DNA of 61,620 nucleotides from Candidatus Rifleibacteriota bacterium (GTDB lineage Bacteria; Muiribacteriota; Ozemobacteria; Ozemobacterales; Ozemobacteraceae): NCBI GenBank assembly GCA_051747585.1, contig JBNJGH010000006.1, positions 1 to 61,620 of the forward strand, read 5' to 3'. Shown piece by piece: positions 19,323 to 29,169 of this stretch (position 1 is its first letter; each line of letters starts with the position of its first letter). The notes under the pieces were generated by a model. It saw only the letters and a program-made list of their open reading frames with translations, ran no database searches and was not told where the DNA came from. The position numbers and the translations under genes were made by a program.

Positions 19323-20537
19323 ATGATAGATTTAACAGCTTTTGCATTTTTTAATACTCTGCCTTCAAAAGAGCTTGAAAAGCTCAAAAGACTCTGCCGC
19401 ATAAAAAAATATGCATCTGGAACAGTAATTTTAAAAGAAAAAGAACCAATCAATGATCTTTTAATGGTGATTGAAGGCCAGGTTTCAGTTATAAAATCAT
19501 TCGGTCAAAAAAAATCTACTCTTTTTGCACTCGATCCCGGTGAAATTTACGGAGAAGTGGAAATTCTCAATGGAACTAACTGCCTGGCCAAAGTAATTGG
19601 TTACCATGAATTTCAAATTCTTTTTATCCCCAAAGACTTCTTTCTCAGATTAATTGGTCTGTATCCCGGATTTGCCAAAGAAACCCGTGATTTATATTCC
19701 AGACGCGGGCCACTACTTCTTGAAGAAGGTCTAAGCAAAACAATGGCGGGCAAAGCTATAACTTTTTTTAATGTAAAAGGTGGCGCAGGAAAATCTGTTA
19801 TTTCATCAAATATTGCGGTAATGCTTGCCAGATATTGGAAAAAGAAAGTTGTTCTGCTTGATTTAAACCTTTCATTTGGTGACCAGGCAATATTACTTGG
19901 TCTAAAGCAGGACAAAAATATTTATAATCTAACTAAAATAAGGCCCCCTTTGAAAATACAGCATATCGAAGAACATATGACCACTCATTCTTCCGGGCTT
20001 AAAGTCCTGTTACCGCCTCCGGTACCCGAGAAAGCAGAATTAATAAGGCCCGATTTTGTTCAGAATGTTATTGAAATTCTCAAAGATCATTATGAATTTA
20101 TTATCATTGACACTCATAATCAGCTCACTGAGCTTGAGCTCAAGGTTATTGAGAGCTCAGACCTTTTAATGCTGATGATGACTATGGAACTAACCTTTAT
20201 AAAGAATACAAAAATACTGCTGGATCTTTTGATTCGATTAAAAGTACCCCGTGAAAAAATTAAAGTTGTGCTAAATCGTGCATTCAAATCAATGGGGTTG
20301 GAGCCTTCAAAAGTGGAAAAATCTTTGCGCTATGCTATCAGTCATTTTATTCCGAGTGAAGGCAATATTGTCGTGCCTTCTGTAAACAAAGGCAAGCCTT
20401 TTGTGCTCTCAAAAAAATCAGAAGGAACCCCTATTTTAATGGCTATAAATAAAATCTGCTCAAGGCTTACAGGGGAGGATATCGAAAAGGGAACCTGGAA
20501 TATGTTCTCACTTTTAAAAGAAGTTTTTGGAATGTAA
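19323..20537 (+). CDS. cNMP-binding domain + CpaE/TadZ/MinD-like ATPase
   Basis: N-terminal cNMP fold (LDPGEIYGE); deviant Walker A KGGAGKS; DLNLSFGD; IIIDT; amphipathic C-terminus MFSLLKEVFGM. Start moved to ATG 19323. Confidence 0.85.
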   Translation: MIDLTAFAFFNTLPSKELEKLKRLCRIKKYASGTVILKEKEPINDLLMVIEGQVSVIKSFGQKKSTLFALDPGEIYGEVEILNGTNCLAKVIGYHEFQILFIPKDFFLRLIGLYPGFAKETRDLYSRRGPLLLEEGLSKTMAGKAITFFNVKGGAGKSVISSNIAVMLARYWKKKVVLLDLNLSFGDQAILLGLKQDKNIYNLTKIRPPLKIQHIEEHMTTHSSGLKVLLPPPVPEKAELIRPDFVQNVIEILKDHYEFIIIDTHNQLTELELKVIESSDLLMLMMTMELTFIKNTKILLDLLIRLKVPREKIKVVLNRAFKSMGLEPSKVEKSLRYAISHFIPSEGNIVVPSVNKGKPFVLSKKSEGTPILMAINKICSRLTGEDIEKGTWNMFSLLKEVFGM

Positions 20538-20555
20538 CAGCAAAAAGATTTTTAA

Positions 20556-21320
20556 TTACCACCCCAGCAGCGTTTTAAAAAAGCCCGGTTTCTTTTTATT
20601 CACTTTTATCAGAACCATGGTAATATTGTCGTTTCCACCATGTTCAAGAGCTTTATCGAGAAGTTTGTCAGCATAGCTTTTTAGTTTATCTTGCGGTTCT
20701 GATAAAATCTTCTCGATAACTGAATCTTCAATTTCACCTGTAAGGCCATCTGAACAAAGAATAAAAAGATCATTACGACTCACCGGACCAGATGAAATAT
20801 CGACCTTAATTTTATCAGAATGGCCCACGTATCTGGTAATGGTATTTTTATAGGGATGATCTTTTTTTTCGCCTTCAGAAATAAGCCCGCGCAGATAAAG
20901 TTCTTCTACATACGAATGATCTCTAGTGATCTGCTTTAATTTACCTGAGCGAAAAAGATATATGCGACTGTCGCCGACATAGGCTATAAAGAAGTCGTTT
21001 TCATGAAAAACAAGAACAACACAGGTGCATCCCATACCTGTTTTTTCATTTCTTTTTTTCAGTTCTTTCTGAACGGCTGCGTTTGCCTTTTCAAACGCTT
21101 TTCGCAGGAGGTTTTCAACAGCTTTTGTCTCTACAAGTTCTTTTTCGAGTGTTTCAGCTATAGTTTCGGTGGTTATTTTGGAGGCAACCTCTCCTGCTGC
21201 TAACCCGCCCATCCCATCTGACACAATAAAAAAACCAGAATCTTTAGAGACATAATAAAAGTCTTCATTATGATCTCTGACCTTACCAACATTTGTTGTG
21301 CCGTATGCCGAGTATTGCAA
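20556..21320 (-). CDS. PP2C/Stp1-family Ser/Thr protein phosphatase
   Basis: GKVRDHNED, SDGMGG, VGDSR, LCSDGL, GGNDNIT; TTG start with GGAGG RBS. Confidence 0.93.
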   Translation of the reverse strand: MQYSAYGTTNVGKVRDHNEDFYYVSKDSGFFIVSDGMGGLAAGEVASKITTETIAETLEKELVETKAVENLLRKAFEKANAAVQKELKKRNEKTGMGCTCVVLVFHENDFFIAYVGDSRIYLFRSGKLKQITRDHSYVEELYLRGLISEGEKKDHPYKNTITRYVGHSDKIKVDISSGPVSRNDLFILCSDGLTGEIEDSVIEKILSEPQDKLKSYADKLLDKALEHGGNDNITMVLIKVNKKKPGFFKTLLGW

Positions 21321-21339
21321 GTATTCCTCCCTGTCAAAA

Positions 21340-23133
21340 CTAAAGAAAATTTAATTTCTTTTTTATTTCATTTTGTGCCGGATACAAAAACAAAGACATC
21401 TCGTAATATTGTTTTGCTTTTTCTTCTTCTTGCTGAGCGAGAAAGAAGTCTCCCAGAGAATTTAAGAGAAACTTATAATTTCTATCTCTGGTCCATGCTT
21501 CCATAAATAATCTTAAAGCCTCTTTATGGTTTTCGAGCTTTTCCTCAACAATTCCAGCCAAAGTATATGCTTCCACCGAATTTTCTTTTTTTGCCAGTTT
21601 TTTATAAAAAGCTCCAAGCTTGTTTAAGCATCCTGCTTTTTGACAATAATTAATCAAATTCATATTGATTTCAGGATAATAAATTTTATCTTTTAGACTG
21701 GCAAAAACTTCGGCCCATATATTATTCAATTTTGCTACAGCTTGTTGATATCTTTTATTACCGTTATGGGTTTTGTAATTTTTGGAGGGCATTTGATCTT
21801 TCTGATTTTTAAGAGCTTCGAAAGCCTTGTTAAAATCTGAAAAATCAGGGTTAGTTCGCAGCAATTTTTTGTCTATAGCTAAACTTTGTCGAGCACCAAG
21901 ATTAAAATAGTGGGTAGATGTGGCGTAGCCATCTTTTGAAAAGCTTATCAAATAACCCATAGGCGCAAGAGTTAACTGTATTGGGCTACTACCTATCATT
22001 TCGCCATTTAAATATACTTTTGCTCCATCGGGCTGGGTAATCAAACTGATTTGTCCCCGGGTCAAAAAATAATAACCTTTAAATAAACCTAAAAATACAC
22101 CGGTGAAAGCCAGTATAATTAAAATCACTCTGATTATAGTTATAAGAGATTGAGGCGGCTTTTTTGCATACTGACTGGCAGTGTGAGTAGATGTAGCCTC
22201 GTCTAATTCAGCAATATAGTTTTCGTCAATTTCTTCATGGTCGATACTGCTTAAATCAACCGATGGTATTTCTGCCACAACTTCTTCATCAGAATCGAGA
22301 TTCTTCAATGCTTCAAGCATTTCGTCACAGGATTGGTAGCGATGCTCTTTTTCTTTTTCGATGGCTTTTAAGATTATATTGTTTAATTTAGGTGGTATGG
22401 CATCATTAATCTGAACAGGTGCCGGAGGCGGTTCTTGAATATGCTTTAAAGCAACTGCGTTTGGACTGTCACCTTCGAAAGGAAGTCTGTCGCAGACCAT
22501 CTGATACAGGGTTACTCCCAGGGAGTAAATATCTGATCTGTAATCAAGATCTCTTTTGCCCAAAGCCTGCTCGGGTGACATGTAATCGGTCGAGCCGAGG
22601 GTTAAGCCTTCGCCGGTTTTGCTTGTATTTACTCTGGCTTTGGCGATACCGAAATCTGTAAGACGCACCTGGCCATCTTTGGTAATTAAAATATTACTGG
22701 GTTTGATATCACGGTGAACGACTCCAAGGTCATGGCAATGCTGCAAAGCAGATAAAGCGCATGACATGATTTCGACAACCTCATCCAGAGTAAAACTTTC
22801 CTCTGATTTTATCAGGTCTTCAAGCGAAAAGCCGTCGATATACTCCATGATAAAATATGGAGGAAGCCCCTCTGATGAACACTTTTCCTTGGTTGCAATA
22901 TCAAGAATTTTTACAATGTTAGGATGCTCGTGAAGTCGTTCCATTGTACGGGCTTCATCGAAGAATCTTGCCACGACATCAGGTTCGTCAACCCAGTCTT
23001 CAAGCAAAAATTTAACAGCTGCTTTCTTGGCAAGCACAGAATGCTGAGCAAGGTAAACTGTCGCGAAACCACCATCACCAAGCTTATTGATGATGGTATA
23101 ATTCCCGGCTTTTTTGTTTAAGTAATCGGCCAA
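21340..23133 (-). CDS. Membrane Ser/Thr protein kinase (Hanks type) with PEGA and TPR-like extracytoplasmic region
   Basis: LGDGGFATVY, AVK, HRDIKPSN, DFGIAK, YMSPEQ; TM helix; PEGA (TQPDGAKVYLNG...SP); TPR-like C-terminus. Confidence 0.93.
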   Translation of the reverse strand: MADYLNKKAGNYTIINKLGDGGFATVYLAQHSVLAKKAAVKFLLEDWVDEPDVVARFFDEARTMERLHEHPNIVKILDIATKEKCSSEGLPPYFIMEYIDGFSLEDLIKSEESFTLDEVVEIMSCALSALQHCHDLGVVHRDIKPSNILITKDGQVRLTDFGIAKARVNTSKTGEGLTLGSTDYMSPEQALGKRDLDYRSDIYSLGVTLYQMVCDRLPFEGDSPNAVALKHIQEPPPAPVQINDAIPPKLNNIILKAIEKEKEHRYQSCDEMLEALKNLDSDEEVVAEIPSVDLSSIDHEEIDENYIAELDEATSTHTASQYAKKPPQSLITIIRVILIILAFTGVFLGLFKGYYFLTRGQISLITQPDGAKVYLNGEMIGSSPIQLTLAPMGYLISFSKDGYATSTHYFNLGARQSLAIDKKLLRTNPDFSDFNKAFEALKNQKDQMPSKNYKTHNGNKRYQQAVAKLNNIWAEVFASLKDKIYYPEINMNLINYCQKAGCLNKLGAFYKKLAKKENSVEAYTLAGIVEEKLENHKEALRLFMEAWTRDRNYKFLLNSLGDFFLAQQEEEKAKQYYEMSLFLYPAQNEIKKKLNFL

Positions 23134-23136
23134 CCT

Positions 23137-24315
23137 TTAAAACCCCAGAGCAGATTTCAATTTCGCAAATATTCCGCCTTCTTCGGCAATGACTTCTTCG
23201 CCGGTTATTGACTTTTGCAGATTTTTAATGCCCTGGGTCAGCGAAGAACCTGGGCGTTCTTTAACAACAAGTTTGCCACCATTTGAAGTAACAATTGCAT
23301 CTTCGGGGACGTAGGGCAAAGTAATAACTTCTCTGGTGAAGAACTTTTTGACTTCTTCTTCCGAGATACATCCTTCTCGGCCAAGTTTGTTTATCAAAAT
23401 CTTAACCTTTGATTCGGGAAACTTGAACTTATTCATAATCTGAACAATTTTCTTCAGGGCAAGAAGATGTCCAATTTCAGGTGTTGCCGTTAAATAAATT
23501 AGATTTGAAATTTCCCAGGCAGTGATTGAAATATCATCTATTTCACATTTGCAGTCGACAAGAACAAAATCATACTTATTCTGCAAGCTCCAGAGAATAG
23601 ATTTGATATGGCCCGGGTTAACAAGCTCAGCCAGTTCAGTACGTTTAGGGGCCTGAAGAAAGTCATATCCTTCGCCTTTATGCAGGTAACCAACTATATT
23701 CTCGGGGGTAATTTCCTGTTCTTGGATCAGTTCATTTATAGTCAAGCCTGATTTGCCCAGAGAATAAGTTAAAATATCACCAAACCTTAGATCAAGGTCA
23801 ACCACAGCTACTTTTTTGTCGGTTTCCGAAGCCAGAACATTAGCAAGATTTACTACCACAGAGCTAATGCCCGAACCACCTTTGGGGCTGTAAAAAGTTA
23901 TAATCTGAGAACCTTCTCTTGAGAGGGGTTTCAACGTTTCCCACAAGTCACCTTCTTCAGTATCTATATAAATAAATTCAAAAGTATCAAACTTAATTAT
24001 ATCTCTATGAGTTAAAACATAAGCCTCACCCGGCTCTATTAAATTATTATTCAAATAGGTTCCGTTGGAACTGCCTTTATCTTCTAAAATGCATTTGCCA
24101 TCTTTTAAATTAACTGTTGCATGCATTCTGGAAACCATATCACTGGCCAGTTGCAAAGAGCGTTCTTCTTCTCTACCAATAGTAAACTCTTCTGACGGAT
24201 TAATTTCAAACGGTTTACCAAGATATGGCGGAGTATTGCCAACAATAAATTTTTTCTTTAATTCATCAGGAATTACTACCTTCCTGAATACGGTTTTCTT
24301 GGACTCTTCAGACAT
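23137..24315 (-). CDS. FHA domain + CpaE/TadZ/MinD-like ATPase
   Basis: FHA motifs IGR, VSRMH, SSNGT; Walker A-like KGGSGIS; DLDLRFGD; amphipathic C-terminus GIFAKLKSALGF. Start moved to ATG 24315 (GGAGG RBS). Confidence 0.85.
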   Translation of the reverse strand: MSEESKKTVFRKVVIPDELKKKFIVGNTPPYLGKPFEINPSEEFTIGREEERSLQLASDMVSRMHATVNLKDGKCILEDKGSSNGTYLNNNLIEPGEAYVLTHRDIIKFDTFEFIYIDTEEGDLWETLKPLSREGSQIITFYSPKGGSGISSVVVNLANVLASETDKKVAVVDLDLRFGDILTYSLGKSGLTINELIQEQEITPENIVGYLHKGEGYDFLQAPKRTELAELVNPGHIKSILWSLQNKYDFVLVDCKCEIDDISITAWEISNLIYLTATPEIGHLLALKKIVQIMNKFKFPESKVKILINKLGREGCISEEEVKKFFTREVITLPYVPEDAIVTSNGGKLVVKERPGSSLTQGIKNLQKSITGEEVIAEEGGIFAKLKSALGF

Positions 24316-24427
24316 TATCTTATCCCCTCCCGAGGTGGCTTGCACGCCGAGTATATCACAAGGAATTAATCTGTTCAATTATATTAAATTCAGCTTTATT
24401 ATTAGCAGTCAAATTAAAATAGTATAA

Positions 24428-24456
24428 TTGACACCCGTTATTATTGGTAATATGAT
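24428..24456 (+). promoter_or_regulatory. Putative sigma70 promoter
   Basis: TTGACA-17 nt-TATGAT upstream of 24470. Confidence 0.6.
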
Positions 24457-24469
24457 ACATTTTTAGCAA

Positions 24470-25093
24470 ATGAATAATATTCAAGGCCTCTCAGGAAAAA
24501 AGTTTCACATGCTGGGAATATTTTTTATATTCCTGGCGTTTTGTGCATTGGTCGTGAACTGGTTTATTTCACGACTGCCTTCTCATGAAATGCCAGACAC
24601 CCCAGACGTCGAGCAGAATTCGACTCACATAGCTATACCTGATATTGAAAATCTTTCTGACAGTTCAAAATCAATACTGGAAAGACTTAAATTTCAAAAG
24701 ATCCACGGAAAATACCAGCAATCTTACCTGTTAATGATTCAAAAAATAAACGACACCGATACAACTTCTATTGATATAAAAGAACATAAATATTTTTTCA
24801 GTGGTTACAAAAACACAAAAGAAAAATACGAAGAAACCCTTGAAAAACTGGAAGACCACCAGAAAACATATAAAATTAAATGTTTTGCCAGGATGAGGTC
24901 ACTTATTATGGCGGTTTTATATCATGACAAAAAAATGGACAAAAAAATGACTACTTTTGACCCGCAATTGTTAAAGAAAATTGGAGCTTTGAATGAAATC
25001 CCCCAATGCCCGAGCGGGGGTGAATATTCAATAATTTATAAGGATGGCAGAAGATTTTTTCACTGCTCGGTTCATGGAACTTTGAGGAACTGA
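24470..25093 (+). CDS. Membrane-anchored hypothetical protein with pilin-like C-terminal CPxGGxY...CxxHG motif
   Basis: N-terminal TM helix; C-terminal IPQCPSGGEYSI...CSVHG. Confidence 0.6.
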   Translation: MNNIQGLSGKKFHMLGIFFIFLAFCALVVNWFISRLPSHEMPDTPDVEQNSTHIAIPDIENLSDSSKSILERLKFQKIHGKYQQSYLLMIQKINDTDTTSIDIKEHKYFFSGYKNTKEKYEETLEKLEDHQKTYKIKCFARMRSLIMAVLYHDKKMDKKMTTFDPQLLKKIGALNEIPQCPSGGEYSIIYKDGRRFFHCSVHGTLRN

Positions 25094-25094
25094 T

Positions 25095-25256
25095 TTATTT
25101 GTGACGTCGGTCCCTGGCTGCAAGAGGATCTTTATTTTCCAGATCTCCGTTAAAAAACACCTCAATCATTTCAATTATTGTCCTTACAAATAGTACACCT
25201 ACTCCGATTGAAAATAACAGAGTCAATAATACTGCTATCGATAGTTCCTTAAGCAT
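25095..25256 (-). CDS. Small membrane protein (53 aa)
   Basis: Below the ORF-track cutoff. MLKELSIAVLLTLLFSIGVGVLFVRTIIEMIEVFFNGDLENKDPLAARDRRHK; GGAG upstream; fills the intergenic gap. Confidence 0.5.
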   Translation of the reverse strand: MLKELSIAVLLTLLFSIGVGVLFVRTIIEMIEVFFNGDLENKDPLAARDRRHK

Positions 25257-25331
25257 TTTGTTTTCAGCTCCAGTTCCATTATAGTCTCTAACTAGTTTAT
25301 CGACCAGAGCACTTTAATTGTTAAGTCAAAT

Positions 25332-25364
25332 AAAAAACCGGGCCTTTAAACTCAGGCCCGGTTT
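25332..25364 (-). terminator. Intrinsic terminator of degP
   Basis: CCGGGCCT/AGGCCCGG stem followed by a U-tract on the minus strand. Confidence 0.75.
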
Positions 25365-25380
25365 ATAAATTAATTTATGA

Positions 25381-26850
25381 TTATTCTGTCTTATGACTGA
25401 TAACAAGGAAAAGCGGCGAACCGGAACGTTGTACAACAAATACCGAGCTGTTTTTGCGAGTACCTTTTTCAATGGCAGCCAGAAGATCTTGCTCATTTGC
25501 GATCTCTTTACCATTAACCTGCTTTATAACATCCCCGGTCATCAAACCACCTTCGTCGGCAGGTGAATTGCTTCTTATTGAAGTTACAACCATACCGCTT
25601 TCATTTTTAAGCTCCATAGATTGAGCCATATCACTGTTTAGTTGCTGCACTCTGAAACCAAGCTTTTCAAACTGGTTTTCGGGATCTGCTTCTTTTTTAT
25701 CTTTTTCAATAAAATCTGCTGCAGCAAGACCATAAGAATCTGGCATTCTTTCCAGTTTAACTCCTATAATTTTCTCGCTACCATCCCGCAAAACACCCAA
25801 ATTAAGTGTGTCGCCGATATCATGATTAAGAACATATTTCTGTACATCGTTAGTGTCTTTCATCTGTTTACCATTTATGCTTCTTATTATATCCATAGTT
25901 CTCAAACCGCCGTTAGCCGCCGGAGAGTCTTCGACAATCTGAATGACAACGGCCCCATTACGATCCTCAAGACCAAAATGCTCAGATAATTCATCGGTCA
26001 CTGGCTGCATTGTAATTCCCAGATATGGGCGCTGAACCTTTCCACTGGTAATAATCTGCCGTGCGATTTTAGAAGCCATGGATGAAGGAATTGCAAACCC
26101 TATACCGGAGCCGGGAGCGTTAAAAATCAAGGTATTTATTCCGATCACTTTTCCGTTTAAATCTACCAGCGGGCCTCCGGAATTACCCGGATTAATGCTG
26201 GCGTCTGTCTGAATAAAATCCTCAATAGTGCTTGCTCCGATACCAGAACGACCTAAGGCACTTACTACTCCTGCGGTAACCGTCTGCTCAAGTCCCAGAG
26301 GATCTCCTATTGCCAGACACCACTGCCCGACCTGCACCTTGTCTGAGTCTGCAAAAACAACGGGTTTTAAAGGTTTGTCGGGCTTAACCTTTATAACGGC
26401 GAGATCTGTTTGAGGATCCTGCCCCAGAATTTCCGCCTGTAGCTCAGTATCATCCTCCAATTTAACAATAATTTTGCTGCCATTTTTAATTACATGATTA
26501 TTGGTTAGTATTATTCCTTTTGCATCTATGACAACACCAGAGCCGGCCGCTTTAGCTTTTAAATCCGGCTCAGGCATTTTAAAGCCCGGAGCTTTGAAAA
26601 ATTTGCGAAAGAATTCTTCAACACCGGAATTACCATCTGGAGAAGACCATCTAATTGATGAAGGAGCCTGCTTTTCAACTCTAATGTTAACCACAGATGG
26701 TTTAAGCCGATGTGCAACATCAATAAAAGCTTTCTCCAGCGAAAAAGCCGCTTCTAACGCTTTGTTCTCAGCAAACAGCGACGAGCTGAAACCTATAATA
26801 AAAATCAATATTATTGAAAAGGACTTCTTAAAACAAAATTGCATTACCAA
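25381..26850 (-). CDS. degP: DegP/HtrA (Do family) serine protease with two PDZ domains
   Basis: GSGV, TNNHV, DLAV, IQTDASINPGNSGGPL; two PDZ domains (SPA..GGL..D.I...NG); signal peptide. Confidence 0.93.
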   Translation of the reverse strand: MVMQFCFKKSFSIILIFIIGFSSSLFAENKALEAAFSLEKAFIDVAHRLKPSVVNIRVEKQAPSSIRWSSPDGNSGVEEFFRKFFKAPGFKMPEPDLKAKAAGSGVVIDAKGIILTNNHVIKNGSKIIVKLEDDTELQAEILGQDPQTDLAVIKVKPDKPLKPVVFADSDKVQVGQWCLAIGDPLGLEQTVTAGVVSALGRSGIGASTIEDFIQTDASINPGNSGGPLVDLNGKVIGINTLIFNAPGSGIGFAIPSSMASKIARQIITSGKVQRPYLGITMQPVTDELSEHFGLEDRNGAVVIQIVEDSPAANGGLRTMDIIRSINGKQMKDTNDVQKYVLNHDIGDTLNLGVLRDGSEKIIGVKLERMPDSYGLAAADFIEKDKKEADPENQFEKLGFRVQQLNSDMAQSMELKNESGMVVTSIRSNSPADEGGLMTGDVIKQVNGKEIANEQDLLAAIEKGTRKNSSVFVVQRSGSPLFLVISHKTE

Positions 26851-26988
26851 CGCCTCCTGTTTTTTAAACTACTAAAATACTTAGACACTTATTTTTAAAT
26901 AAAGTTCCCATTTTCAATAAGATTATAGTCTTGACCTTTGTTGATTAAGATGATTAACTGATTCCCACATAATTATCAGGAGCGAAAA

Positions 26989-27918
26989 ATGCGTATAGTT
27001 GTTACGGGCGGTGCCGGTTTTATAGGTTCCCATTTAACCGATGCCCTGATTAAACAAGGACATAAGGTTGTAGTTATCGATAATTTTATAACAGGATCTC
27101 GTAAGAATCTCGAACACCTCAAAGATTCAGACAAATTTGTTATAATCGAACATGACATTACCAAACCGATTTACCTGGCAGAAAAAATAGACAGGATATA
27201 TCATCTTGCATCTCCGGCCAGTCCCATAGACTATCAAAAATTACCTATTCAGACCCTCAAAGTAGGTGCGCTTGGCACCCACAATCTTCTGGGAATGGCA
27301 AAAAATCATAATGCCCGAATTCTTCTGGCCTCGACTTCAGAAGTCTATGGTGATCCTGAAGAGCATCCGCAAAAGGAAACTTACTGGGGACATGTCAACC
27401 CGGTTGGCCCTAGAGGGTGCTATGATGAGTCAAAAAGATTTGCCGAAGCAATTGTAATAGCCTATAGAAATTTTCACAATGTCGACACCAGAATTATTAG
27501 AATATTCAACACCTATGGACCACGAATGCGATTAAATGATGGTCGAGTCGTACCTGCTTTTCTTTCCCAGATTCTTGATAAAAAAGACCTGACTGTTTTT
27601 GGTGACGGCAGCCAGACAAGAAGCTTCTGCTTCGTTTCTGATCTTGTCAGAGGCATTATCGGAGTAATGGAAGAAAAAGATTCAGACCCGATAAATCTTG
27701 GTAACCCCAGTGAGATTACTATTAAAGAATTTGCCGAAAAAATAAGAAAAGTTACAGATTGCCAATGCAATATTATCTACAAAGAGTTGCCGATCGATGA
27801 CCCTAAAAGGCGGCGCCCGGATATAACAAGAGCACGCACAATTATAGGCTGGGAACCGGAAGTTTCTCTTGAAGAGGGGCTTAAGCGGACATGGGAATGG
27901 GCAAAGAACTATGAGTGA
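26989..27918 (+). CDS. UDP-glucuronic acid decarboxylase (UDP-xylose synthase) family SDR
   Basis: [52 protein letters not shown]. Confidence 0.92.
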   Translation: MRIVVTGGAGFIGSHLTDALIKQGHKVVVIDNFITGSRKNLEHLKDSDKFVIIEHDITKPIYLAEKIDRIYHLASPASPIDYQKLPIQTLKVGALGTHNLLGMAKNHNARILLASTSEVYGDPEEHPQKETYWGHVNPVGPRGCYDESKRFAEAIVIAYRNFHNVDTRIIRIFNTYGPRMRLNDGRVVPAFLSQILDKKDLTVFGDGSQTRSFCFVSDLVRGIIGVMEEKDSDPINLGNPSEITIKEFAEKIRKVTDCQCNIIYKELPIDDPKRRRPDITRARTIIGWEPEVSLEEGLKRTWEWAKNYE

Positions 27919-28462
27919 GCGAATTGAACTTGCACCAGAAATAGAGCGGGTATTAATCAATCCGCAGCAGATTCAAAAACGCATTAAAGAACTTGGCAAG
28001 CAAATCTCTAACGACTATAAAAATAAAGAAATTATTGTTTTATGCATACTTAAGGGAGCTTTTTTATTTACCAGCGATTTATGCCGTTCGATAAGTGTTC
28101 CCCAGAAAATGGATTTCATGGCAGTAAGCAGCTATGGGGACTCTACCCAGAGTTCAGGAATCGTAAAAATTGACAAAGATCTTTCTGAAAGCGTTGAAGG
28201 CAAACACATTCTGATTGTGGAAGATATTATAGATTCGGGTTTAACTCTCTCTTATTTACAAAAAATTCTTAAAGACAGAAAACCAGCCGACATCAAGATT
28301 TGCGTATTATGCAATAAACCAGGCAACTTACAGCAGCATGTAAAAGTTGATTATTGTGGATTCAAACTTGAAAACGAATTTGTTGTCGGCTATGGATTGG
28401 ATTTTAAAGGATATTTACGCAATCTGCCCTACATAGGTGTTGTAAAGCCCGAATACAGATAA
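27911..28462 (+). CDS. hpt: Hypoxanthine phosphoribosyltransferase
   Basis: [33 protein letters not shown]; start ATG 27911. Confidence 0.95.
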   Translation: MSERIELAPEIERVLINPQQIQKRIKELGKQISNDYKNKEIIVLCILKGAFLFTSDLCRSISVPQKMDFMAVSSYGDSTQSSGIVKIDKDLSESVEGKHILIVEDIIDSGLTLSYLQKILKDRKPADIKICVLCNKPGNLQQHVKVDYCGFKLENEFVVGYGLDFKGYLRNLPYIGVVKPEYR

Positions 28463-28482
28463 TAAGGAAAAGAGGTTAAAGC

Positions 28483-29139
28483 ATGGTCACTTTTAAACAT
28501 GGTAATTTAATTTGTGAAAGATTTGTTTTAGGTCCGATGGAGGTAAATACCTATCTTGTTTATGACAAAGACACCTCTGACGCTTTGCTTATTGATCCTG
28601 CCGAACAATCTCAAAATCTTTTAAGCAGAATTCAGGAACTCGACCTCAAACTTATTGGTATCTTTCTTACCCATGGACACGCCGACCATATTTATGGAGT
28701 TGAATTTTTCAGAAAAAAAACCGGTGCCCCACTGCTTATCTCTGAAAAAGATTCCCCCATGCTTGAAGATGCAAATCTCAATCTATCTAATTTTATTGGA
28801 GAATCAATAATACTTGATCCTGCAGAAAAGTTTTTAAAAGATGGCGATAAAATTACCATAGGCAATTATGAGGGCAATTTTGCCCTGGTAGGTGGGCATA
28901 CGCCAGGCGGTTTAATCTTGATCTTTGATGAAATAGTTATTTCAGGCGACACTATTTTTGCCGGCTCAATTGGGCGTTCAGATTTTCCCGGCGGCGACGG
29001 GAAACAGCTTATCAACGATATAAAAAACAATCTCTTTTCTTTAAGCAATCGCCAGGTATTACCAGGCCATGGTCCGGAAACAACCATATCTGATGAAAAA
29101 GCAACCAACCCGTTTTTCTCTGCCGAATTCACTGTTTAA
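28483..29139 (+). CDS. Metallo-beta-lactamase-fold hydrolase (glyoxalase II-like)
   Basis: THGHADH, GHTPG, SGDTIF.GSIGRSD, PGHG. Confidence 0.9.
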   Translation: MVTFKHGNLICERFVLGPMEVNTYLVYDKDTSDALLIDPAEQSQNLLSRIQELDLKLIGIFLTHGHADHIYGVEFFRKKTGAPLLISEKDSPMLEDANLNLSNFIGESIILDPAEKFLKDGDKITIGNYEGNFALVGGHTPGGLILIFDEIVISGDTIFAGSIGRSDFPGGDGKQLINDIKNNLFSLSNRQVLPGHGPETTISDEKATNPFFSAEFTV

Positions 29140-29169
29140 AGCATTTAACAAAAGTTTATTACTACAGAC

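Noticed and set aside
19323-24315. A Tad/Flp pilus or Min division locus
   Set aside because: No cpaF/tadA, tadB/C, flp, secretin, minC or minE genes in the window; only the CpaE/MinD-like ATPases.
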